DNA of 64,000 bases from an uncultured Actinomycetota bacterium (GTDB lineage Bacteria > Actinomycetota > Actinomycetes > Actinomycetales > JAHECE01), in NCBI GenBank assembly GCA_963780675.1, contig CAWACR010000003.1, forward strand, positions 981,454 through 1,045,453. The letters are read 5' to 3'. The position numbers and the translations under genes were made by a program. The notes under the pieces are model-generated. The model did not search any database and had not been told where the DNA came from. It worked only from the letters and a program-made list of their open reading frames with translations. Position 1 is the stretch's first letter; each line of letters opens with the position of its first letter. Below are positions 56,202 through 64,000 of the stretch, piece after piece.

Positions 56202-57202
56202 TCAGGCGTCCGCCGGAACACTCACCCGTCGGCCCGTCTCGAAGGACTCGATCGCGCAGTGCGCGAGGAGCAGCGCCCGCCGACCGGCGCGGGCGTGGAC
56301 CGGCGGCGGATCGCCGGCGCGGAGCGCAGCGAGGATCGCGTCGACGTGGCGGTCGAAGGTGCGCGTGAAGGCCGCGCTCGTCGTCGTTGAAGTAGCCGGC
56401 CTCCCACACGCGGCGGTCTCGTCGCCGGCGCGGTGAGAGGCTGAAGCGCCGCACGGTGTCGTGGATCACGAGGCGGCCCCGCGTCCCGTTGACCTCGACG
56501 CAGCTGCGAGTCCGGGTAGGCGTACGACGAGTCGTAGCTGCCGAGCATCGTCCCCACGGCGCGGTTCTCGAACTCGAGGGCGAGCGCGATGGTGCGAGTA
56601 GTCGCCGTAGGTCTTGTCGGTCATCTGGGCGACGATCGAGGCGATCGGCCCGACGAGGTGCTCGAGCATGTCGAAGCCGTGGCACTGGGTCTCGATGAGG
56701 TTCGCGTGGGGCGAGGTGCCGTGGTTCGCCTCGCCGCCGAAGCGCCAGGTCGCGAAGACGAGCTCGCCGAGCTCGCCCGCCGTCGATCGCGGCCTTGGCG
56801 CGGGCGACGGGCTCGGCGAAGCGGTGGTTGAAGTTGATGGCGAAGAAGAGGTCGCGCTCGGCGGCCTCGGCGAGCAGCGGTCCGCCTCGTCGAGGTGGAA
56901 GACGAGCGGCTTCTCGACGAGGAGCGGGACGCCCGCCTCGATGAGGTCGCAGCGTCGGCTCGAAGTGGCCCTCGTTCGGCAGGCACACGGTGACGAGGTC
57001 GGGGTGCTCGGCGCCCAGCATCTCGTCGACGACGGTGTACGGGCGTGCTCCGAACGTCGGCCGCTCGCGCCGCCGTCTTGTCCACCGTGCGGCCGACGAC
57101 GGCGCACAGCTCCGTGTCCGGCCGTCCCGAGAAGACCCGCGCGTGCTCGTGACCCCACCACGCGCCGGTGCCCACCACCGCGACCCTCAGTCGGGCAACC
57201 AT
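56202..57202 (-). pseudogene. Gfo/Idh/MocA-family oxidoreductase, frame broken about 9 times
   Basis: [24 protein letters not shown]... is followed by family-typical pieces in alternating frames. They are [83 protein letters not shown]...[53 protein letters not shown] and AFTRTFDRHVDAILAALRAGDPPPV. Confidence 0.8.
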
Positions 57203-57313
57203 CCCTCCACGATCCTCGCTCTCCGCCCGGGCGGCAGGACCTTGGACTCTCGACCGACCGACGGCGTCCGTGCGAACCTGGTCGAACGGTCGCCGATCGC
57301 AGGAGGCGCCGAG

Positions 57314-57787
57314 ATGACGACGACGTCGCGCACCCCCGCGTCGCGCCCCTTCTTGCCCCGGGGCGCCCGGTCGGCACGCGTCCGCCCGCGAGCCCAGACC
57401 TCGCCCTCCCCTTCAGCTGTCAGCGCGGGCGTCGACACGGTGTCGGTCGAGCGCCTCGAACGCCTCCTCCACCTGCGCGGCGCGGCTCTGACCGGCCGGG
57501 TCTTCACGCCGCACGAACTCACCACCTGCGCCGGGAGCCCCGCGCGCCTCGCGGCCCGCCTCGCCGCCAAGGAGGCCGCCGCCAAGGCGCTCGGCACCGG
57601 CATCGGCCCGGTCGCCTGGCGCGACCTCGAGGTCCGCACCGCCGACGACGGCGCCCCGTCCCTTGCCCTGCACGGCGCCGCCGCCGCGCTCGCCCGCCGC
57701 CGAGGCCTGACCACCTGGGCGGTCAGCCTCACGCACGACACGGGCCGCGCCGTCGCCGTCGTCGTCGCCACGGGAGGCGCGCCGTGA
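57314..57787 (+). CDS. acpS: holo-[acyl-carrier-protein] synthase (4'-phosphopantetheinyl transferase, AcpS type)
   Basis: ATG at 57314 lies 7 nt after AGGAGG. The AcpS core is [10 protein letters not shown]...RVFTPHE...[18 protein letters not shown]...WRDLEV...GAPSLALHG...VSLTHD. It carries a ~35-aa N-terminal extension. Confidence 0.8.
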   Translation: MTTTSRTPASRPFLPRGARSARVRPRAQTSPSPSAVSAGVDTVSVERLERLLHLRGAALTGRVFTPHELTTCAGSPARLAARLAAKEAAAKALGTGIGPVAWRDLEVRTADDGAPSLALHGAAAALARRRGLTTWAVSLTHDTGRAVAVVVATGGAP

Positions 57788-59586
57788 CCTACCCGACCAT
57801 CCCCAAGGACGCCGCTGCGCTGCGCGTCGAACCCAACCTCCCCGCCGACGGCGTCGCAGGTGAGGCCTTCACCTGGGACCTGGCCCGGTCCTGGCTCGAC
57901 GGCCTGCCCGACGGGGGCCTCAACATCGCCCACGAGGCCGTCGACCGGCACGCCGCAGGACCCCGCGCGGACCACGTCGCCATCCGGTGGCTCGGCCGGC
58001 ACGGTGAACGGGACGACCTCACCTACGCGGACCTCGCCCGGCGTACGAACGCCTTCGCGAACGTCCTCGACCGCCTCGGGCTGGCCCGCGGCGACGCCGT
58101 CTTCGCCCTCACCGGCCGCGTGCCCGCGCTCTACGTCGCCGCGCTCGGCACCCTCAAGGCGGGCGCGGTGTTCTGCCCGCTCTTCTCGGCGTTCGGCCCC
58201 GAGCCCGTGCGCCAGCGCCTCGCGATCGGCGAGGGCCGGGCCCTCGTCACCACCCGCGCCGCGTACGAGCGCAAGATCGCGGGTCTGCGCGCCGGCCTGC
58301 CGCGCCTCGAGCACGTGCTCCTCGTCGACGTCGCCCCGGGCGAGACCACACCCCCCGGCACGACCGCGCTCGCCGACCTCCTCGCCGACGCGCCCGAGGA
58401 ATATGCGGCCGCGCCCACCACGCCCGACTCCCCCGCCCTCCTGCATTTCACGAGCGGCACCACAGGCACCCCGAAAGGCGCCGTCCACGTCCACGGCGCC
58501 GTCGTCATGCACCACGCCACCGGCCGGTTCGCGCTCGACCTCCACCCCGACGACGTCTTCTGGTGCACCGCCGACCCGGGCTGGGTCACCGGCACCTCGT
58601 ACGGCATCGTCGCGCCGCTCACCCTCGGCGTCACGAGCATCGTGGACGAGGCCGACTTCGACGCCGAGCGCTGGTACGCGATCCTGCGCGAGGAGCGCGT
58701 GAGCGTCTGGTACACCGCCCCCACGGCGGTGCGCCGGCTCATGCGCATCGGCGGGGAGTCCCGCGCCGGTGAACTCCCTGCGCTCCGGTTCGTCGCCAGC
58801 GTCGGCGAGCCCCTCAACCCCGAGGCCGTCCTGTGGGGGGTCGAGGCCCTCGGCCTGCCGATCCACGACAACTACTGGCAGACCGAGACCGGCGGCATCG
58901 TCATCGCGAACACCATCGCCGCTCCCATCAAACCCGGCTCGATGGGCCGCCCGCTCCCGGGCGTCGAGGCCGCCATCCTGCGCCGCGGCCCGGCCGGGGT
59001 CGTGGTCGCCGGCGGCGAGGCCGTCGTCGTCACCGAGCCCGACGTCGAGGGAGAACTCGCCCTGCGCCCGGGCTGGCCGTCCATGTTCCGGGGCTACCTC
59101 CACGAGGAGGAGCGGTACGCCCGGTGCTTCGTCGGCGGCTGGTACCTCACCGGCGACCTCGCCTCCCGCGACGCCGACGGCTACTTCTGGTTCACGGGCC
59201 GCTCCGACGACGTCATCAAGTCCTCCGGCCACCTCATCGGCCCTTTCGAGGTGGAGAGCGCTCTCATGGAGCACCCGGCCGTCGCCGAGGCGGGCGTGAT
59301 CGGCGTGCCCGATGCGATGGCCGGCGAGGTGGTCAAGGCGTTCGTCGTGCTGCGGCCCGGCGTCCCGGCCGACGCCGCGCTCCAGCGAGAACTCGTCGGC
59401 TTCGGCCGCAAGCGCCTGGGCGCTGCCGTCGCGCCCCGCGAGATCGCCGTCGTCGACGCCCTCCCCCACACCCGTAGCGGCAAGATCATGCGCCGCCTCC
59501 TCAAGGCTCGGGAACTGGGCCTGCCCATCGGGGACCTCTCCACGCTCGAGGGCGAACAACCCGACCAGACCATGGAGGCACCGTGA
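57784..59586 (+). CDS. acetyl-CoA-synthetase-like AMP-forming acyl ligase (ANL superfamily)
   Basis: GTG at 57784 overlaps the acpS stop (GTGA). [50 protein letters not shown] and [11 protein letters not shown] are present. Confidence 0.85.
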   Translation: MTYPTIPKDAAALRVEPNLPADGVAGEAFTWDLARSWLDGLPDGGLNIAHEAVDRHAAGPRADHVAIRWLGRHGERDDLTYADLARRTNAFANVLDRLGLARGDAVFALTGRVPALYVAALGTLKAGAVFCPLFSAFGPEPVRQRLAIGEGRALVTTRAAYERKIAGLRAGLPRLEHVLLVDVAPGETTPPGTTALADLLADAPEEYAAAPTTPDSPALLHFTSGTTGTPKGAVHVHGAVVMHHATGRFALDLHPDDVFWCTADPGWVTGTSYGIVAPLTLGVTSIVDEADFDAERWYAILREERVSVWYTAPTAVRRLMRIGGESRAGELPALRFVASVGEPLNPEAVLWGVEALGLPIHDNYWQTETGGIVIANTIAAPIKPGSMGRPLPGVEAAILRRGPAGVVVAGGEAVVVTEPDVEGELALRPGWPSMFRGYLHEEERYARCFVGGWYLTGDLASRDADGYFWFTGRSDDVIKSSGHLIGPFEVESALMEHPAVAEAGVIGVPDAMAGEVVKAFVVLRPGVPADAALQRELVGFGRKRLGAAVAPREIAVVDALPHTRSGKIMRRLLKARELGLPIGDLSTLEGEQPDQTMEAP

Positions 59587-60593
59587 CCCCGACCCTCCCT
59601 CTCGGTCCCCTCGGCGTGGACCCCGGCGTTGCCGTCGGCTTCTACCGCGACATGCTGCGGATCCGTCGCTTCGAGGAGCGCTGCGTCGAGCTCTACAGCG
59701 CGACGAAGATCCGCGGCTTCATGCACCTCTACATCGGCGAGGAAGCGGTCGCGGTCGGCGCCACCGCGGCCCTGCGCCCCGACGACGCCGTCGTGTCCAC
59801 CTATCGCGACCACGGTCACGCCCTCGCGAGAGGGATGACGGCCCGCTCGATCATGGCCGAGATGTACGGGAAGGCGGAGGGGTGCAGCCGCGGGCGCGGC
59901 GGGTCCATGCACCTGTTCGACGCCGGCCTGCGGTTCTACGGGGGCAACGCGATCGTCGCCGGGGGGCTGCCGCTCGCCGTCGGCCTCGCCCTCGCGGACG
60001 CGTTGCTGGGCCGGGAACGAGTGACGCTGTGCTTCTTCGGGGACGGCGCCGTCGCCGAGGGCGAGTTCCACGAGGCGATGAACCTCGCCGCGCTCTGGTC
60101 GCTCCCCGTGGTCTTCGCGTGCGAGAACAACCTCTATGCGATGGGCACGGCGCTGGCCCGCGCGCAGTCGCAGACCGACCTCGCCCTCAAGGCGACCTCC
60201 TACGAGATGCCCGCCTGGGCGGTCGACGGGATGGACGTGCTCGCGTGCGCCGCCGCGGCCCGGCGTGCCGTCGACATGGCCCGCGCCGGCGGCGGCCCCT
60301 CCTTCGTCGAGTTCCGCACCTACCGCTTCCGCGCCCACTCCATGTACGACCCCGAGCTCTACCGCAGCAAGGAGGAGGTCGAGGAGTGGAAGAAGCGCGA
60401 CCCCCTCCCGCTCCTCGCCCGGCACCTGGGCGACGCCGGGCTCATGGCCGACGACGACGCCGCCCGCCTCGAGCGCGAGGTGGCCGCCGAGATCGACGAC
60501 GCCATCGCCTTCGCCGAGGCCGGCACCCTCGAGCCCGTGGCGGAGCTCACCCGGCACGTCTACAAGCGCGAGGCGACGGGCGGTGCGCGATGA
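59583..60593 (+). CDS. thiamine-diphosphate-dependent 2-oxoacid dehydrogenase E1 alpha subunit (pyruvate/acetoin dehydrogenase type)
   Basis: GTG at 59583 overlaps the ligase stop. [46 protein letters not shown] and [10 protein letters not shown] are present. Confidence 0.85.
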   Translation: MTPTLPLGPLGVDPGVAVGFYRDMLRIRRFEERCVELYSATKIRGFMHLYIGEEAVAVGATAALRPDDAVVSTYRDHGHALARGMTARSIMAEMYGKAEGCSRGRGGSMHLFDAGLRFYGGNAIVAGGLPLAVGLALADALLGRERVTLCFFGDGAVAEGEFHEAMNLAALWSLPVVFACENNLYAMGTALARAQSQTDLALKATSYEMPAWAVDGMDVLACAAAARRAVDMARAGGGPSFVEFRTYRFRAHSMYDPELYRSKEEVEEWKKRDPLPLLARHLGDAGLMADDDAARLEREVAAEIDDAIAFAEAGTLEPVAELTRHVYKREATGGAR

Positions 60594-61603
60594 GCGCGAC
60601 GGGCGCGACGGGCGCGACGACGCCGCAGACCACCTTCCGCGAGGCCTACCGCGAGGCGATCCGGGACGCCCTGATCCGCGACCCGCTCGCGTTCCTCATG
60701 GGCGAGGACGTCGGCCGGTACGGCGGCTGCTTCGGCGTGAGCCGCGGCCTGCTCGAGGAGTTCGGGCCCGAGCGCATCCGCGACACCCCCCTCTCGGAGT
60801 CCGGCTTCACCGGCGCGGGCATCGGGGCGGCGCTGGGCGGGATGCACCCGATCGTCGAGATCATGACGGTCAACTTCGCGATGCTCGCGCTCGACCAGAT
60901 CGTCAACAACGCCGCGACGATGCTCCACATGTCCGGCGGGCAGCTCAACGTCCCGCTCGTCATCCGGATGACCACCGGCGCGGGGCGCCAGCTCGCGGCG
61001 CAGCACTCGCACAGCCTCGAGGGCTGGTTCGGGCACATCCCCGGCATCCGGGTGCTCGCCCCGGCCACCCTCGAGGACGCCCGCGGCATGCTCTGGACCG
61101 CCCTGCAGGACCCCGACCCCGTGCTGATCTGCGAGAACGGCTCGATGTACCCCGTGGCGGGCGACCTCGCGCCCGACGCCGGGCCGGTGGAGATCGACCA
61201 CGCCGCGACCCGCCGCGCGGGCACCGACGTCAGCCTGATCACCTACGGCGGCTCGCTCCCCAAGGTCATGAGAGCCGCCGAGGTCCTCGCCGAGGACGGG
61301 ATCTCCGCCGAGGTGGTCGATCTGCGGACACTGCGACCCCTCGACAACGCCACGATCCTGGCGAGCGTCACGCGGACCCACCGCGCCGTCGTCGTCGACG
61401 AGGGGTGGCGCAGCGGGAGCCTGTCCGCCGAGGTGTCCGCCCGGATCATGGAGGGCGCGTTCTACGACCTCGACGCACCCGTCGCCCGGGTGTGCGGCGC
61501 CGAGGTGCCGATCCCCTACGCCCAGCACCTGGAGCAGGCGGCCGTGCCCCAGGTCGAGGGCATCGTCACGGCCGCACGCGAGGTGGTGGGCCAGGGTGGC
61601 TGA
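60590..61603 (+). CDS. 2-oxoacid dehydrogenase E1 beta subunit
   Basis: ATG at 60590 overlaps the E1-alpha stop (ATGA). [48 protein letters not shown] and DLRTLRPLD are present. Confidence 0.85.
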   Translation: MSATGATGATTPQTTFREAYREAIRDALIRDPLAFLMGEDVGRYGGCFGVSRGLLEEFGPERIRDTPLSESGFTGAGIGAALGGMHPIVEIMTVNFAMLALDQIVNNAATMLHMSGGQLNVPLVIRMTTGAGRQLAAQHSHSLEGWFGHIPGIRVLAPATLEDARGMLWTALQDPDPVLICENGSMYPVAGDLAPDAGPVEIDHAATRRAGTDVSLITYGGSLPKVMRAAEVLAEDGISAEVVDLRTLRPLDNATILASVTRTHRAVVVDEGWRSGSLSAEVSARIMEGAFYDLDAPVARVCGAEVPIPYAQHLEQAAVPQVEGIVTAAREVVGQGG

Positions 61604-62940
61604 GTTCAGGATGCCATCGCTCGGAGCCGACATGGAGTCGGGCACCCTGATCGCCTGGCACGTGAAGCCCGGGGACCACGTGGCGCGTGGCGACATCGTC
61701 GCCGAGGTGGACACCGACAAGTCCGTGATCGACGTCGAGACGTTTGCCACCGGCACGGTTGAGGAGATCCTCGTCTGGGAGGGCGACCGGGTGCCGGTCG
61801 GGACGCCGCTCGCGATCATCCGGGAGGACGTCGCGGCCGAAGGTGTGGGGGGCGCGGGGGGTGCACCGGAGCCGGAGGGTGCGGAACGCGCGGGTGCGGA
61901 GGCTGCGCGTCAGTCCACCACACCCGTCGACCGGACGGCGCCCGAACCGGCCGTGCCCGAACCGGCCGCGCCCGAAGCCGGCCGTGCCCGAACCGGCCGT
62001 GCCCGAGTCGACGTCCGAGTCGATACCCCTTGCGCCGGCAAGTCGGCGCGGCGGCCCCTCCGCGTCACCGCGCGCCCGACGGCGAGCAGCCGAGTTGGGC
62101 GTCGACCTCGCCGAGGTCGGCGGCACGGGGCCCGGCAGCTCCGTGACGAGCGACGACGTCGAGGCGTTCGCGGCCGCGCGCGCGGCTGTACAGGCGTCGG
62201 CCGGACCTGGGGCCGAGGTGCCCGTTCCCCCCGCCGAGGCGACGGCGCCTGCCGCTCCCCTCTCCGGAGCCGACCGCCGCGCCGCCCTGCGACGGGCCGT
62301 CGCGGCGTCGATGGCGCGGTCCAAGCGCGAGATCCCGCACTACTACCTCGCGAGCGACCTCGACGTCACCGACGCCGTGCGGTGGCTCGAGGAGCGCAAC
62401 GCGGCGCTCCCGATCACCGAGCGCGTGCTGCCCGCCGCGATGCTCCTGAAGGCGACGGCGCTGGCACTTCGGGACACGCCCGAGCTCAACGGGTTCTTCG
62501 AGGAGGGCGCATTCCGGCCCGGGGACGGCATCCACCTCGGCGTAGCCATCGCCATCAAGGGCGGGGGCCTCGTGGCGCCCGCGATCCGCGATGCCGACCA
62601 CCTGTCGATCGGCGACCTCATGGCGAACCTGCGCGACCTCGTCGCCCGGGCACGGTCCGGGGGCCTGCGGGCCACGGAGATGTCCGACCCGACCGTCACC
62701 GTGACCAGCCTCGGCGACCAGGGCGTCGACACCGTGCTCCCCGTGATCTACCCGCCACAGGTGGCCATCGTGGGGTTCGGGCGCATCCGGGACCGGCCCT
62801 GGGCGGTGGGGGGCGCCGTCGTCGTCCGCCAGATCGTGACCGCAACCCTGGCCGCCGACCACCGCGTCAGCGACGGCCACAGGGGCGCCGTCTTCCTGAG
62901 CGGCCTCGACCGAGCCCTCCACGCTCCCGAGATGCTCTGA
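61596..62940 (+). pseudogene. dihydrolipoamide acyltransferase E2 (lipoyl domain + PSBD + catalytic domain) with one extra base in the linker
   Basis: GTG at 61596. The lipoyl domain contains [16 protein letters not shown]...[14 protein letters not shown]. The PSBD ([16 protein letters not shown]) and the catalytic domain (IPHYYL..., [14 protein letters not shown]) are in the +1 frame (ORF 61744..62940). Total length is 3n+1. The extra G is at 61977, inside a 15-nt tandem repeat. Confidence 0.85.
61941..62001 (+). repeat. four tandem 15-nt units encoding the PEPAV linker of E2
   Basis: Units are cccgaaccggccgtg, cccgaaccggccgcg, cccgaaGccggccgtg (16 nt) and cccgaaccggccgtg. Confidence 0.9.
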
Positions 62941-62971
62941 CGCCCCACCTCACCGAACGAAGGGGACGCGC

Positions 62972-63226
62972 ATGGACCAGACCACGATCCGCGAGACGGT
63001 GCTCCGCGTGCTCGGCGAGGTGGCGCCGGACGTCGACGTGGGCAGCGCCGACCCGGCCGCCGACCTGCGAGAGGAGTACGAGCTCGACTCGATGGACATC
63101 CTCAACCTGGCGATCGGCCTGTTCCAGGCGACGGGCGTCGAAGTGCCCGAGCGCGACTACCCGAAGATCGTCACGGTCGACGGGTGCGTGGGGTACCTGG
63201 AGGCGCGCCTGGTTCCGCCCGGCTGA
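62972..63226 (+). CDS. stand-alone acyl carrier protein (phosphopantetheine-binding)
   Basis: ATG at 62972 follows GAAGGGGA, 31 nt after the E2 stop. It is 84 aa, with the attachment motif [12 protein letters not shown]. Confidence 0.75.
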   Translation: MDQTTIRETVLRVLGEVAPDVDVGSADPAADLREEYELDSMDILNLAIGLFQATGVEVPERDYPKIVTVDGCVGYLEARLVPPG

Positions 63227-63305
63227 GCGGGAGGAGTTGAGGACGGGAGTCCGCCCGGGACCCCCTGCCCAGGCCCGGCGGCTCCGCCGTGGGTACTCTG
63301 CGCCC

Positions 63306-63899
63306 GTGCCCCGTCTCGGCCGCGTCGTCGCTGCGCTCCTCCTCGGGCTCGTGGGGTTCGCCGTCGCCGGCACCTGGGCCTCGGCACCGGCGAGCGCACA
63401 CGACCAACTCATCGGGAGTTCGCCCGCAGCCGACGCCGTGCTCGATGCCGCCCCGAGCGACGTCACCCTCACGTTCAACGCGGACGTCCTGCCCATCTCG
63501 CCGACGATCATCGTGCGGGACGCGGCCGGCGCCGTCGTCGTCGACGCCGAACCCACGGTCAGCGGCGCGGTCGTCTCCACCCCACTGCCGGCGGACCTCC
63601 CGCCCGGGACCTACGCCGTGGTCTGGCGCGTGGTCTCCACCGACGGCCACCCCATCGAGGGGACGTTCGCGTTCACGATCGCCGGGGCCGCGCCCCCTCC
63701 TCCCGCGCCGGGCGAGCCGACGACGGCGCCCACCACCAGCGAACCGGCCGCGACGGCAGCCTCCCCCACGCCCGAGACCGACGACGACGCCGACGCCGCA
63801 GGGATGTCCTCGTTCGTGCCGCTCGCCCTCGCCGTAGGGGCCGCCGGGGCGGTCGGGGCGGCCGCCCTCCTCGCGGTGCGGCGTCGGCGAGACTCCTGA
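63306..63899 (+). CDS. copC: CopC-domain copper resistance protein with signal peptide and C-terminal membrane anchor
   Basis: GTG at 63306. The signal peptide ends [31 protein letters not shown] and [15 protein letters not shown] are present, followed by a Pro/Thr-rich spacer and a C-terminal TM plus RRRRD. Confidence 0.8.
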   Translation: MPRLGRVVAALLLGLVGFAVAGTWASAPASAHDQLIGSSPAADAVLDAAPSDVTLTFNADVLPISPTIIVRDAAGAVVVDAEPTVSGAVVSTPLPADLPPGTYAVVWRVVSTDGHPIEGTFAFTIAGAAPPPPAPGEPTTAPTTSEPAATAASPTPETDDDADAAGMSSFVPLALAVGAAGAVGAAALLAVRRRRDS

Positions 63900-63938
63900 C
63901 AGACCGCGACGCCCCGCCCTCGGAGCGGTCGGTGCGCC

Positions 63939-63975
63939 ATACCCCCTGGGGCATATCGCTTTACCCCGGGGGGTA
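63939..63975. promoter_or_regulatory. two CsoR-type operator-like palindromes at the window edge
   Basis: ATACCCCCTGGGGCATAT (63939-63956) and TACCCCGGGGGGTA (63962-63975) both show the TACCCC...GGGGTA arrangement typical of actinobacterial CsoR sites. The regulated gene would lie beyond the window. Confidence 0.4.
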
Positions 63976-64000
63976 TGGGACCTAGATCCCTCGGAACCGC

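Noticed and set aside
61596-63899. 767-aa ORF that would fuse E2, the ACP region and CopC into one protein.
   Set aside because: Only the first ~125 codons (lipoyl domain) and the last ~197 codons (CopC, which has its own GTG start and signal peptide) make sense in this frame. The middle is the wrong frame of E2, entered through the extra G at 61977.

Overview
High-G+C actinobacterial chromosome segment (gene content and synteny look Micrococcales-like; this is my inference, no search was run). I see no rRNA, CRISPR array, transposase, integrase or recognisable defence system.

Layout, left to right:
- 1-5.8 kb: the conserved thrS-HIT-pgsA-PIM acyltransferase-pimA operon on the minus strand.
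- 6.2-8.8 kb: a tRNA-Val(CAC), a pabC/pabB-like pair and a tRNA Gly-Cys-Val cluster.
- 8.8-14 kb: a visibly more A/T-rich islet at tRNA-Val. It holds a decayed type I restriction hsdR 3' fragment, a DUF1254/DUF1214 protein, an M20 amidohydrolase and an MFS exporter.
- 14-35 kb: pentose-phosphate genes (rpe, rpiB, tkt, tal, gnd, a hexose-6-P mutarotase) mixed with nickel-pincer cofactor genes (larC, larB, larE). The same block has a GPH symporter, two tandem LacI regulators, a LarA-family enzyme, uxaC, a uxuB-like reductase, an FGGY gluconokinase and a KdgK-like kinase.
- 35-46 kb: two Gfo/Idh/MocA plus TIM-barrel pairs, an SRPBCC protein, a HAD phosphatase and two GH3 glycosidases.
- 46-57 kb: small accessory genes, including an SRPBCC gene with a decayed duplicate, and a GT4 plus glycogen-debranching-type pair.
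- 57-63 kb: a tightly coupled acpS / acetyl-CoA-synthetase-like ligase / E1-alpha / E1-beta / E2 / stand-alone ACP operon.
- 63-64 kb: copC and CsoR-type operators at the right edge.

Main hunt results:
1. The lar, PPP and hexuronate genes fit a route from glucuronate through mannonate and gluconate to 6-P-gluconate, using a LarA-type 2-epimerase. This is a hypothesis.
2. A shared LacI-type operator architecture recurs in the divergent promoters of that block.
3. The PDH-like E1/E2 operon is bracketed by a PPTase and a dedicated ACP.
4. Three roughly 0.7-1.4 kb patches are dense in single-base indels (thrS, gnd and a Gfo/Idh/MocA gene), and tkt, one GH3 gene and the E2 gene each carry an isolated frameshift. 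These look more like local assembly or consensus errors than biology, but that needs read-level checking.

All functional calls come from my own recognition of motifs and families in the translated ORFs.
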